The position numbers and the translations under genes are program-made. Of a DNA stretch of 64,000 bases, positions 1 through 11,819 are shown one piece after another. The notes under the pieces are model-generated. The model was not told the origin of the DNA. It did no database searches and saw nothing but the letters and a program-made list of their open reading frames with translations. Each line of letters begins with the position of its first letter. Position 1 is the first letter of the stretch. Origin of the DNA: Entomortierella parvispora E1425 (lineage: Eukaryota; Fungi; Mortierellomycota); contig BQFW01000013.1 of assembly GCA_020891255.1 (NCBI GenBank), positions 1,240,001 through 1,304,000 of the forward strand. Reading direction: 5' to 3'.

Positions 1-779
1 ACAGATACACAGCAATCATGGAGTGTCGATGAGAGCCCAGAGATCTGCATAGAAGAAGCGTGATATTAAAAGATGTGGACAATGGACTCTGCCGTCTGCG
101 TCACATAAAAAAAGAGCCAGAAGAGAACAAACAAATATTCCACATTCCGGTCGACGCTGCATGCACGCACCCACTCTCTCTCTGTGTGTGTTCTGCACTC
201 GATCCTTCTGCGCATGGACGTCCCAATCTGTCTGTCTGTCTGTCTCTCTGTGTGTGTTGTCTCTTTGGCTTCTGGCGCAATGTACCCACACAGAGGCAAA
301 GAGATCGGACCATAGACAATATGGACGCAATTGGAGACGAACCTTCCTCCTCGCTCCCTCCGTCCCTCCCTTGGTCCCTCGCCCGTCCAAACCCACATCT
401 TTCCCGTCGTCTTTACCCTTTTAGCTTATGCAAAGGATGAAAAAGGAATATAAGGACCGGAATTCCCACTTCATCACTCTTCTTTTTTTTTGTATCTTTT
501 CTTCACCGCTCAATCCTCTATCGATCTATCTCTTTCTCTCTCTCTCTCTCTTTCGATCCTGTTGCTCTCAGCGATCGACTAGTCTCCTCCTCCACCTCAA
601 CATCTTGCCCCCTCATCCCCTCATCCCCCTCGCCGGTTACACTTCTCCCTTGCGCTCATTCGCTACAGCATTCTCAAGAACAAATCTCCGGGATTACCCT
701 CGAAGTTCCTGATTTGATTCCCTTCAGACTGCACCCTTTATTTTTTTTTAATTTCATTCATTCATAATTTCATATCTCA

Positions 780-3004
780 ATGGCACCCAATACCCTCATC
801 GACAACGGCGGCAGCAGCAGTGTCACTGGCATGTACCTTCCCCAAACATACTCCTTCTTGAGCCCAGAGACTTTTGAGACTTTGGTGGAAGGCTATATCA
901 GCCAGCTTCATATCCGTAAACGCAACAAGGCCTTGATCACCCAACAGCTTGCCAACGATTGTCTGATGGTCTTGACCAACCCTGAGAACACAGCGATCTT
1001 CAACCCAAAGTTCCGGTGGTGGGTGCGCAAGCACTTTGTATTCACAGTTGTGGGAGAGCTTAGGATCTTGTTGGACAAGAAGAATGGAAAGCCCGTCTGT
1101 GTGCGTGAACAGCTGTATGACAAGGTCTGCTACTTCCACCACATCATCGGACATGGTGGACGCGACAAGACTTTTGCGGCGGTAAGTTTCTCTTTCTTTA
1201 AACCACTCACCCTGCGCGGGGAATGTCTATTTTTGCATGTTTGCCTGGGGAAGTCTTCAATTGCTGACCATTTCTTTTTTCTGACCCTTCCGACTTTGTC
1301 TCCTCTCCTTTTGCCCTCTCCTGATCTGACCTCCTATCAACCCCTCTCCTTTCGCCACTCTCGCGTGGTTCTGTCCTCCCTTGGTTTGATGTTGCACACA
1401 CACACCAAATAACATAACAACACAAACAGATCACAAAGTCCTACTCAAAGGTCCCTGCCGAGCTCGTTTCTCTCTTCACAAAAAACTGCCAGACCTGTCT
1501 TGGAGTGCGCAAATACAGCAAGAACAAGCGCCCCATCCTCAATGAGCACGAATACCCTCAGCATGTCCCTCAGCAACAGTCGTCCCAGGGTCTTACCATT
1601 GACACAAGTAGTTTCTCGTCTTCGTCCGCGTCCTCATCTGCCACCTCGTCTGCCAGCATTTACCAACAACAATATCACGGATTGATGAAGGGCGACCATG
1701 GTCCCATCACCCCCATCTCTCCCATGTTGCACAGCTCCACCTCGGGTCTCTTCAACAACGCGTACGCTCAACAGCAACAGCAGCAACACCAGTACTCAAA
1801 CCAGTTCCAGCATCAGATGGCTATGAACTTGAGCATGTCCGATATGACCCTGAGCAACGCCTTCTCCAACTTGGGACCCATCTCGACTCAGAACCACCAT
1901 CACCAGTATGCTCAACAGCAGCAGCAACACCACCAGACTCATTTGCACTCGGCCATGAGCAGTGCCTGCTCAACACCCACCACCTTGGCCAAGATGGAGT
2001 TGCCAATGATCCACTCCTATGATGCCAACACGCTCATGAACGGCGCAATGATGTCTCTTGGACAGTACCACCACTCTGCTGGTGCCACCGCTACCAACTC
2101 GACTGGCAGCGACCTCGCTGACAACTCACCCATCCACCAACATCACCACCACCACTTGCATTCGCAGTATGAACACAGCTCGACCACGCTTGAGTCTCTC
2201 TCCCAACAACAACAGCAGCAGCAGCAGCAGCAACAATCTCAGGAGATCTCGACCTCGGAGCAGCAATACTCTCCCGTCTTGGAGTACAGCCAACATCAGG
2301 GATACCAGGGATCTGCTTATGAACAGCCCCAACAACACCAGCAGTACCAGGCTCAGTTCCAAACCCAGGATGTTTACCAGCCAGATCAGACCCAACAGCA
2401 GATCTACTCTACCTACGCCATGTCCTTGCCCCCCATGTCCATGGCTCCCCCTCAAGAGTACTCTCAGCAACAGCAACATGACGAACAAGAGCAAGGCGAT
2501 ATGTCGCCCATCTTGACCCAGAACGAGATGTTCCAGAAGCAGATTCAACAGGAGCAATTGCGATTCCACCAGCAGCAGACAAAGTTCCTTCAGGTGAGCG
2601 ACATGATGAGCAGCAACCTCGGCTCTTCAGATTCTCTGTCTCCTTCTACCTATGAAGATCGCCATAGCAGCTTTGACGAGGCCGATGACAGCACCACGCA
2701 CGAGCTCACTTCCTCCTCGACCTGCTCCTCCATGGCCGCGTCTTACCCACCCATGATCTCAACCTCGTCCTCCATGACGTCTTGCTCGACCGCCTCATCA
2801 CCCCCTCCTTCGGCCGTTCCTTCCTTGGTCTGCTCGCTCACCAGTGATGGATCGATCCCCACGCCAACGACCGCTTCTCCAACGCTTTTGCCCACGCTTG
2901 TGGCAGACTACCATCGTCAAGCGCTCGATCAAGAGGCCAAGCAACAACAACAGAGCGCCCTTGCTTTCATGAATGCCGTGGCTCGCGCAGACCCTGAGTT
3001 GTAA
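780..3004 (+). CDS. Integrase zinc-binding (H2C2)-like domain protein with long Q/H/S-rich tail; 2 exons (780-1181, 1430-3004), ~658 aa
   Basis: GTAAGT donor at 1182 and CAG acceptor at 1429 join in phase 0. The join gives HHIIGHGGRDKTFAA|ITKSYSKVPAELVSLFTKNCQTC (H-x4-H...C-x2-C). No DDE integrase core follows. Confidence 0.75.
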
Positions 3005-3739
3005 AGCACCAATAAGAAAAGAAAACGTCGAACGTCGTTTTGCATTTCCTTTCTCCTCTTCCTCCTCACCATCTCCTGTTCTTATTCCTCTCTAATGTCT
3101 GTGTTCTCATGGATGATCTCTCTCTTTATTTTTTATGACCCAACCTTTCTCCTCCGTCATTCCTCCCTCCTCTATCTCCTATCTCCCTCTCCATCCGACA
3201 CTGTACATACCTTCTTGCAATCCGTCCTTCATATACCCCATCCTGCCACGTCTGTCAGTCCTTTTTCGCTCGTCTTGACCTTTTTTTTTAACGCACTCAT
3301 GTCTCCAAGAAAAAAAAAACAATCCTCTTTTTTTTTTTTCTTTTCTCTCAACCTTCTGATGCAAATATGGACCCAACTTTCCTGGCTCGCCTCGCCCTTC
3401 CTTTGCTCCCATCCTTTGTTTCTAGCACAACATTATAGACTTTACATTACTCACGCCATAATAAATTGTACATTACTGCAAACAACATTCGACTGCTTGA
3501 TTGTCTGTCAACTTGAACCTTTTTACAAATCTAAATCTTCTGGAAAGGAGAGAAAGAGAGAGAGAAAGAGCAGGCAGAAGATTCGGAATATAAATGTACA
3601 ATGTTTTATTGATTAGACATAGTAGAATGACCAGACATAAAGTGGGGATGGTATAGCAAGGTAGTGTAGCGCCTTTCTGCAAAGAGTAGAGAGAACAACC
3701 AAGAGTAGAATAAAAGAAAGGGAGAAACAGTGGTCGAGG

Positions 3740-6542
3740 CTATCGTCTGCGGATCGATTTCAAATCCTCGGGATAGAGAACTAGATCGCGAAGCTCGCGT
3801 GGCAGATAGCGCTGCATCAGTGATTCCACCGACACTTTGTCGTTGACAATTCGAAGTCTCTGCATCAAGCATGCCACATCGGATTCATCAATGGTTTTTC
3901 GTCCTGCATGCTCGGCATACGCTGCAAGGTCATTGGCGGCTTGCTCAAAAAAGTCGTGAGTTCTATAATCATTTCAAGGTCAAAAAAAGGTTAGGACACC
4001 ATTGCGATACAAATGGTAAACAGTTCAAATGATGATCACCGTACCCTTCCAAGATAGCATCCATGGCCTCTCTTGAGATCCTGGAACGAGTGAAAGTATG
4101 CATGAGCTGTTTTTGAAGACTGGTCGGCAACGATGGAACTGGCAAACCATGGGCAGATACCCTGTGGAAGATAGAACACAGTCAGTATACAAGAGAATAA
4201 GCACGGCTCACTGTAGATCCAACTCGTGGCACCCCCCTCTTACCTCGCCGCCTTCTTTGTTGCAACCGTTGCAGTGGGAAGCACATTGCCATTAGACATG
4301 ATGCCCAGTTCACTCGGAAAGTCATCAAAGTATTGAACCCCTGACTGGCCATGTTGCTCTTCGTGCTCCTGGCGCTCAATGTGATCCTCGTTCAGGTTCA
4401 TGTATCCATCCTCAAACTCGTCATTTGGTGGAACTGTTTGATCCTGCTCTTGATCTTGATTCTGATCAAACTCATCACGACGTTCCTGCTCCCCTTCATC
4501 AACGGCAACAACGCCATCCATTTCCACGTCCTCCTGGGTCGGGGCTGCGCCATTTTCGCCTTCTTCGTAATCTGGTGTCCTCTGGAGCTCCTCCTGTTGC
4601 GCCATTGCTGCAGTATCTCCACCAACGCCCTCCTCAGACCCTGGAGCTCTCTGGAACTCATCCTCATCGGTTCCTAATGTCTGTGGTCGTTCATCCTCGT
4701 CTTCCAGTTCCAATGTCTGCGCTTGACTGGCGTCCTCATCTTGCAGCTCCAATGTCTGAGCTAGCCTGGCATCTTCATCATCCAACTCCAATGTCTGAGC
4801 CAGTCTGGCATCTTCATCTTCTAGCTCCAATGTATGAGCTAGTTCGGCATCCTGGACTTCTTCCTGCTCTTGAAGCTGCATATCCTCTTCTTGCAGCTCC
4901 AGAGGCGGACTCAACTGATCCATTTCCTGATCTTCTAGTTCCTGTCGCTCTCGTGCCTCCTCCTCAAGCTCTTGTGCCCGCCGCTCTCGTTCCTTCTCTT
5001 CTTCTTCAAGTTCCAACGCCTGGCTCTCTTCCATCTCTCGCGTGAGGGCTTCAATATCATCTTCTGCCTCCTCTCGCTCATGGCGCTCATCCTCCTCGAT
5101 GGCACGGGCCAGTAATTGCTGTTGCTCTGGCGTCAATTCGTCGCCATCGATATCCTCCCATTCCTCCTCCTCCATTAACTCTGTTTGTTGCGAAGGTTCA
5201 GTTTGTAAACCCTCTTGCTCTAGTTGACTCTCAGACATTTCCCTGTGTTCTTGTTCAAACTGACTGTCCAGAAGTGTAATATCATCCAGATGTCTTGGAC
5301 GCAACTCATCCAGTCCCATTTCTGGTGCAAATGGGTCCATGAGATCATCCAGCTGCTGTAAGCTAAGGTCTCTTGAACGGTCCCCATCGTCCATAAGACC
5401 GCTTATTCCTGCAGAGCCTAGACCAAACGACGAGCCTCGACTTCGAGCTGACATTTGGAATCTCGCTACGCTCAAATCCTCGTCCCACAACTTGTTAAAG
5501 TCCTCTGGATCCTGGAAAGGATTCTCTGCGACAAAATGTCGGAAAGCTTCCTCTCGCGCCTGCATGTACTCTGCCGATGGAGTTGCTGATTTTGCAGAGG
5601 GGATCCGATCATGTCCACTAGAACTGGTCCGTTTTGAAGGAGACTGGGAAGGAGAACCTGCTATGGGTGCGACGAATTCCTCGATACGTTGTGTCCGTGT
5701 TGACTTTGGAGTGAGTTTTCGCCACTGTTCGCTTCCTGGAAGAGGCTGTCTGTCGGGTGATGGCTTGGGCGGTGGATTGAATCCAGGGACTAACATAAAA
5801 TATGAGTGGCTACGGTCAGTATTGTTGCAGGCACTTTCATTCTGTTGATGCCTTTATATATTGACGACTTACTTCGACTTAAAACTCGTAGAATGCCCAT
5901 AGGTGAATGTTTATCTCGTCCAACGCGTCCACGTCTGTTGGCTTCTGATATTAACCGATTGACACGGGCTTGGTTAGCATCCGCGAGGGCTTTGAGAGGT
6001 GTGGTACGTTGAGTCAGTCCGGCATTTGATCTCGACCGTCGTCTCGGTGTCCTCCTGCCTGATCCTGGTGCCACATTGATGGTACGAGACTCTCTCCTTG
6101 GGGTCCTCGGGATATAGTTGGGGTCATTTGGTCCCTACAAACAAGCCGCTATGTGAGTCCATTGTGACTCATTCAATTAAAAGCATGTAAAGTACCATGC
6201 GTTCAACACTCGAGTGCCTACATTCATCCATTCTGAATGACTAGGATCCCCTGCTTCTGGTCCATTGCTCTGTCTTCGGGTGCCTGGCGTATTCGGTCTG
6301 GAAGAAGAATCTCCTTCCTGAATAAAACTTCTGTTTCCAGCAGGTGTACTGGGTTGATTTCCAATGTGAGTTTGGTAAAAAGCCTCCAAGAGACCTTCGT
6401 CGACGGCGACCGTTCTCCGCTTCGTGACATGAGGTGTGGCCGGGACTCTTGTGAAAACGCGTGGTTGCATTGGCCCATAGTCTGGTCGCCGCAATCCTGC
6501 TCGCATGGGCACAATCGGCCGTTGATCCGCGTTCGATGACAT
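3740..6542 (-). CDS. CENP-T: CENP-T/Cnp20-like inner kinetochore histone-fold protein, multi-exon
   Basis: N-terminal SPMGILRVLSR motif and a long acidic middle (ORF 4240-5796). Spliced 3' exons read HGLPVPSLPTSLQKQLMHTFTRSRISREAMDAILEG and FFEQAANDLAAYAEHAGRKTIDESDVACLMQRLR, a CENP-T C-terminal histone fold. Stop at 3740-3742. Confidence 0.85.
4690..4860 (-). repeat. 39-bp coding tandem repeat (~4-5 x A(Q/H)TLEL(E/D/Q)DEDARL) within CENP-T
   Basis: Repeated tccaatgtctg...catc(t/c)tcatc units on the + strand. The peptide repeat is visible in ORF 4240-5796. Confidence 0.85.
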
Positions 6543-6741
6543 GGATGGGACGTTGCTGCTTTCTCCTGTTGCTGCTTGAGTTGTCAAGAGGATTGAATGT
6601 CGATGAAGAGAAGAGATGGACGAAGTGGAAGGTCAATGGAATCAAAATTACCGCAAGGAGAACCTTTGAAGAAGGAGCGCGTTTTTTGGGGGGGCAAAGA
6701 TTTAAACTGCACGTGATCAGTCGCAAATTTCTGCATTTGTT

Positions 6742-8928
6742 TTATTCGAGTTCTTCGATCAACACCTTTGCTTTGCCAGTCTCTCCTGCCCGGGTCGGCG
6801 TTTCCGGTTGAGAAGGAGATACTCTTGAGACTTTCTCCATCTCCTGTTCCCATCCCATCATCTCTTGTCGGACGCGGATGCCTGTCATCACCACCTCCGT
6901 GCGGACCTGGTCCAGCCTATCTGTCTTCAGCAACCATTCGCCTGAATGCAGGTACGATGCGTAGAACTCCAGCTTTTTGACGAGCCGAGTGAGAGTGGAC
7001 CTTGAGTATAACCTCCGCCCCTTGGAAGCATCGGCTTCTATATCCTTGAGACCTTGGTTGAAAACTGCCTCCAGCTCGACAATACATTTGAGACAACGGG
7101 CAGGTCGTGCCAGGAGCAAGGTGAGATCCCGTAACAAGAGCGATAACATTTCCGGTCGAAGCGTATCGCCTTTCCAGAGTTTGGAATTCAGACTTGATTG
7201 CTGTAGCACCGCCAACGTAGTCTCAAAATCATCAACCTCTGGAACGGATGGGGGTGAACGAACAGTTGCTCCGGTAGCCTTTTTCGATGATGCAGGTGGC
7301 GGCGCAAAAAAAGGGCACAACTCAAACACATGTGTCAAGGACTGTTCAGGTTCCTCCAGCAAGTCGCCATTGAGGACTCTGCTTGTAGCTGCAAAAGCAA
7401 ACAAGAGTCCACAAATATGATAGATCAGACTTTGATGAGGTGGTCGAGTCATTGGTGGGAGACTTTTCGTCCGCTCCTCAAGCTGATGTCCAGGATAGTG
7501 CTCATCATCCAGGGTTTGGATTAACGTGCGGTGTGGTCTCAGCATGGCCTCTTCGTCGAGTACCAATCGCTCCTGTACTGCGTTCTTGGTCGAGGAGCCA
7601 TGTGCTGCCTTGTCGGGTATATTTTTTGATGAGTTGGATGATTGTCCAAGAGCTGCTGCTGCCACCGCCAGTCGATTTCCAGAGTCCGAATCGCCTACTT
7701 TGTCTGATGTTGTCACTTTTGAAACGACAACCTTTGTGAGCTGACCTGCTTCTTCAGCCTCCACCTCCCACCATGGATTCCAAATTGGAATCAATTCAGA
7801 AATTTCGGCGTCTCTAAGTGCTTTCAAATCTTCCATATCCAAGTCTGCGAGGATAGCATTGCTGGGGTCGCTACCATTGCCTTGCCGCCCCTGTTGACCG
7901 CGTTGCATGACATCCTCCATCTCCTTCATTAAAAGTCGTGCATTCTGCTCTTCCTCATCGTCGTCGCTCGCGTTGTTGTTGTCGGAAGTCTGTTTTTCTC
8001 CTACATTGCTTTCGACATCGCTGTCTTCCTCTGGTTTCCCAGAAATCATAAATCGTTCCCGAAATTCTTGTTGTTCCTCAGGATTCAATCTCGCCCAAAT
8101 GGAATCGAAGGACTCTTGGTCCAAATCAACTCCAGCGAAGCGATTCACGAAATCTTGGTATTCCTGCTCCAGTGCTTGTTCGATTTCCTCCTCGACTATG
8201 GCCGCGTCCTTGTCCAGCTCCGTTATAGACCCAGAGAGATTTTTGTTATCGAGTTGTTCCTGTTCGATGGCCTTCTGAATCAGCTCGTCACGCTCCTTTG
8301 GCGTCAGTTTCCGTGGAACCGATTTTGCCCCTGGTGTTTGCACCCCACTCTCTGAACCGGTGCCGTTGCTGCTACTGCCTCCACCGCCAACCTTCTGATA
8401 CTGTTGCTGTTGTAAAATATGATGTTGCAAAATCTCATCCTCTGTCATGTTTAAAAGTTGCTCCTGATCCACAGCCTCTCGCTCAAAACGATCCAGAATC
8501 CCGAGCATTTGCTTCCTGTCATTGGATGTCGCTCCTGGATTGGACTGCAGTTCACTCATGACTGCCGCCTTGTAAAAAGACTCTGTACATTGTGCATGGG
8601 ACTAGGAGGATACAAGAATGAGAAAGGTTTTGATTAATAACACATTCTGGGGTATTATTTTAGAGATGACCTCTACAGCGCTGGACAGATGATTATCTTT
8701 ACCTTGTCTTTATAGCATGCTAAAGAGCAGTATCGAAGATTACAACGCGGACAAGTGTATTGGAAGGGCTGTGCTTTGCAACTATAGCCAGAAGTGAAGG
8801 AATGGTTAGAGTTCGTGAGTGCATGCCTGTTCTTTGAGGGGGCCATGTGCATTTTGTAGAAAAAGCACTTACATGCCGCAGGGGTATGTATTCTCGGCGA
8901 CGGTGCGATGCTTCTTTGGGACCACCAT
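6742..8928 (-). CDS. ZNHIT2: Zinc finger HIT domain protein 2 (U5 snRNP/R2TP cofactor), 3 exons
   Basis: Spliced YPCGI|CKAQPFQYTCPRCNLRYCSLACYKDK|SHAQCTESFYKAAVMSEL continues into ORF 6742-8559, which carries PIWNPWW. Start codon is uncertain. Confidence 0.85.
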
Positions 8929-9105
8929 GGAGTTGAAATGTGATGATGACTCGATGGCAGCATGCAGGCGCAGTGCGCTGTCCTTGAAGCTGCCAACACA
9001 GCGCCACCAATTCTCGACATTGTTTGTGAAAGGCAGAAATTTGGCAGTCACGAGTTTGGATTCGTGTTGGTATGAATGACTTTATGGAGAGATATTATTA
9101 TGATG

Positions 9106-10183
9106 TTAAAGGCGGTAGATCTTCTTGACCTCCTCTTCGTCAGCGACCTTGTCAACGCCGCCCTTGGCCAACATGGTGTCCCACCACTTGAACAAAAAGT
9201 TATCGCAGATCAGCTTGAACCAAGGGGTGACGATGATGCCGCTGTCCTTGGTGACACCCTGATCCAACAAGACGCGAAGCTCCTCCTGGGTAACCCACTT
9301 GACGTCGCGGACCTCGTTGGGGCTAGGGTTCATGTCGATGAGCTCCTTGTGCTGAGGGCGCATGAAGAGGATGTAGTCGATCTCGTGCTCGCCCCAGGTC
9401 TCATCAGAGGGAGCAAGGTAGTGGATACGGGTCAAAAAGTGGAAGTCATCCAGAGGAACATCCTTGGCCTCAATTCCCAACTCGTGGAACAACTTGCGCT
9501 GAGCAGCAGTACGGACACCCAAGTTATCCTTCTCAACCAACTCATCGGCAGTGTTGAGAGGGTGGGAGCAGCAGGTGTTGGTCCATGCGTCGGGGAAGGT
9601 GATCTTTTCGGTGGCACGCTGCTGCAACAAGAGCTTGGTACCGTCAGCAGAGAACAAGAAGACGGAGAAAGCACGATGGAGAAGGTTGTGCGCCAAAATG
9701 TTCTTCATCAAGTGACCTACAAGTTTTTAGAAGTAATAAACAGTTAGAGAAAGATCTCCATTTGTGCTTGCAGCAAATCACTCTGTGGTCCAACGGTCCA
9801 AGCAAAGAATAGCTGCATGAAGCAAAGAAATGTGGCGCTGTCGAGTGACCAAATATGGAAGCTCTTTGCAAGTTTCGTATTTGCACCATATCTCACAGCA
9901 CTGTGGATCCTGCTCGAGTGCTTTGCAACCTGAGTATGTCCATTGATCCTGTTCCCACAGAGCAGTAGATATCCTGAGCAACGCAGCTACTGTACTTAAA
10001 GTTAGATAAAGACTTACAGTCCTTCTTAGAACCGGCACCGATGCGGTTGTCATCGCGGTCGAGGACAATGCACATCTCCTCCATGAGCTTAACCTGCTCA
10101 TCGTCGTAAGACGACAGGTCGACATCGGCGATGATGGAGTCGAGGGGAGCGGGGGTAGGAATGACAACGTCGGACTGGCCCAT
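9106..10183 (-). CDS. IDI1: Isopentenyl-diphosphate delta-isomerase type 1; intron 9717-10017
   Basis: Motifs [34 protein letters not shown] and [11 protein letters not shown]. Confidence 0.97.
9760..9992 (-). ncRNA. Candidate intronic structured RNA (H/ACA snoRNA-like) in the IDI1 intron
   Basis: Four consecutive stems: CAGTAG/CTACTG, CTGTGG/CCACAG, GCTGT-GAG-ATATGG-TGCAA nested stem, and GCAGC/GCTGC. The last two are each followed by ACA. No canonical ANANNA H box was seen. Confidence 0.35.
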
Positions 10184-10550
10184 TGTGTTATGTATTGCTG
10201 CAGCAGTGGTATACGGGGAGAAAGCAGTTCGGACGGGGAGGGCGCAGGAGGGTGCGAATATGCGACGGAGGTGGAGGAGTGGAGAGGGATGGGATGGATG
10301 AGAGAAGAGTGGGGTGGAGGAAAGAGTGAATGTCCGAACAGAAGTCGAGGATGAAGACAGCAACGAGTGGCCCTGAGAACAAACACCGGAGAAGAAGAAT
10401 CCAAACTGCGATCAGACCACTGCGAGACTATCTTCACGTACACGCATCGTACGTGCAAAAAATGTCAGGTCAGAACGGGCGGAGCCAATCACATCGCAGC
10501 ACTGCTGTCTGCCTCTCTGCCCTTCTGTTACTGCACTGGGAGACAGAAGG

Positions 10551-10582
10551 GAAGACAGACAGACAGACAGACAGACAGACAG
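10551..10582 (+). repeat. (GACA)n microsatellite
   Basis: Direct reading of the sequence. Confidence 0.9.
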
Positions 10583-11819
10583 CAACACGATGCAAGGTGA
10601 TACGTGACAGAGAACAACATCCGCTGAGCCAACCTGGGAAGCGAAACCCCAAGGGTATAATTGAAAGCACCCCTGCTGGCCTGTGGAAGAGTCAAAACGT
10701 CTTTTCTTCCTTTGTTTAAGACGACTTACCTGCAACGATGGAGCTCTTGCTACTCGACGGGCCATGGTCGCTGCGGCTCTCTGCAATATCATGTCTGCCT
10801 AAACTGGTAAGGATGAACAATAAAGCGTCTACGCTCGTGTTTGCTGATGCAAAGTAAAGAGGATTGAGATGCTGATTGATGTGAAATGCTGATGCAGCAA
10901 AGGGAAAATTCGGGGCAGAGTGAAATATCTGAGCCGCTGTGGCCATGTAAATTTTGGTGGGTGCCTGCACGTTGTCGCGAAAACTGATATTGGACGTGTG
11001 TGTGGGCGCGCACCCCACAACAGATCAATGCGCGACTACCAGAATTGTCACTTTCTGACAACTAACCGCGATATACCATCCAGCTCGCCGCCAAGAATCG
11101 CTCACGAACGCCTTTACAATCCCTTCAAAGCACAGCTGCGTGTGCGAAAGATTAATACGAGAATGTCTTCTTATATATGATCGCCTGGACCTACAAACAA
11201 CTTGGGAGGTATGGATGGACGACTTCTTAGTTGCACCTCCAGGTGCCACGTTCCCACGATCATCACGACTCTCCACATTTCCCTGTGGAGGGGAGGTCAG
11301 AATGCAGCAGGGATACATCAGAGAGCCTTGATCTTATTTTGAGCGTGGGTGGAACGCGATGACGAGATTGGGGCGCACAAAATCTAATGAATCAAAGAAA
11401 TCAATGAGACGTTCACCTTATCCAACGCTTGGCAAATGTCGCTCTGGTCGTCCATGCACATACCCTCATTACGGCAGCTCAGCGTTCATGGCTTCTTGGC
11501 GTTGCGTGTCTTCGAAAGCTCTAATGTGGCCCAAGAGTTGGTGCAGCAGGGGCACGGCCGACCGAGATCCAGGGCGCGTTCTCAGGTTCAACCGACCCAG
11601 GTGCTCATCCCCCTCCCCAACACTGAGCTTTAGCATTACGATTCTTTCTGCCAGCCGAGAAGCTCGCTCACCCAGCCTTAGACTTGGACGCAAAGACAAA
11701 CAAAGTTGTGAGGGTCTATCGATCCTTTATAAAGAGACCACCAGCCCCGCAGAAACTAAAAAAACTCATCACATACACGCAGCACCTTCAGAACCTTTCA
11801 CATTTTCATCAAGCACATC

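Noticed and set aside
9076-9747. Long antisense ORFs (also 19990-20403, 33162-33686, 45191-45871, 57036-57452)
   Set aside because: These are shadows of codon-biased genes on the opposite strand.
10716-11700. Short ORFs between IDI1 and P450 copy 1
   Set aside because: No motifs and no consistent exon chain. Probably promoter or UTR sequence.
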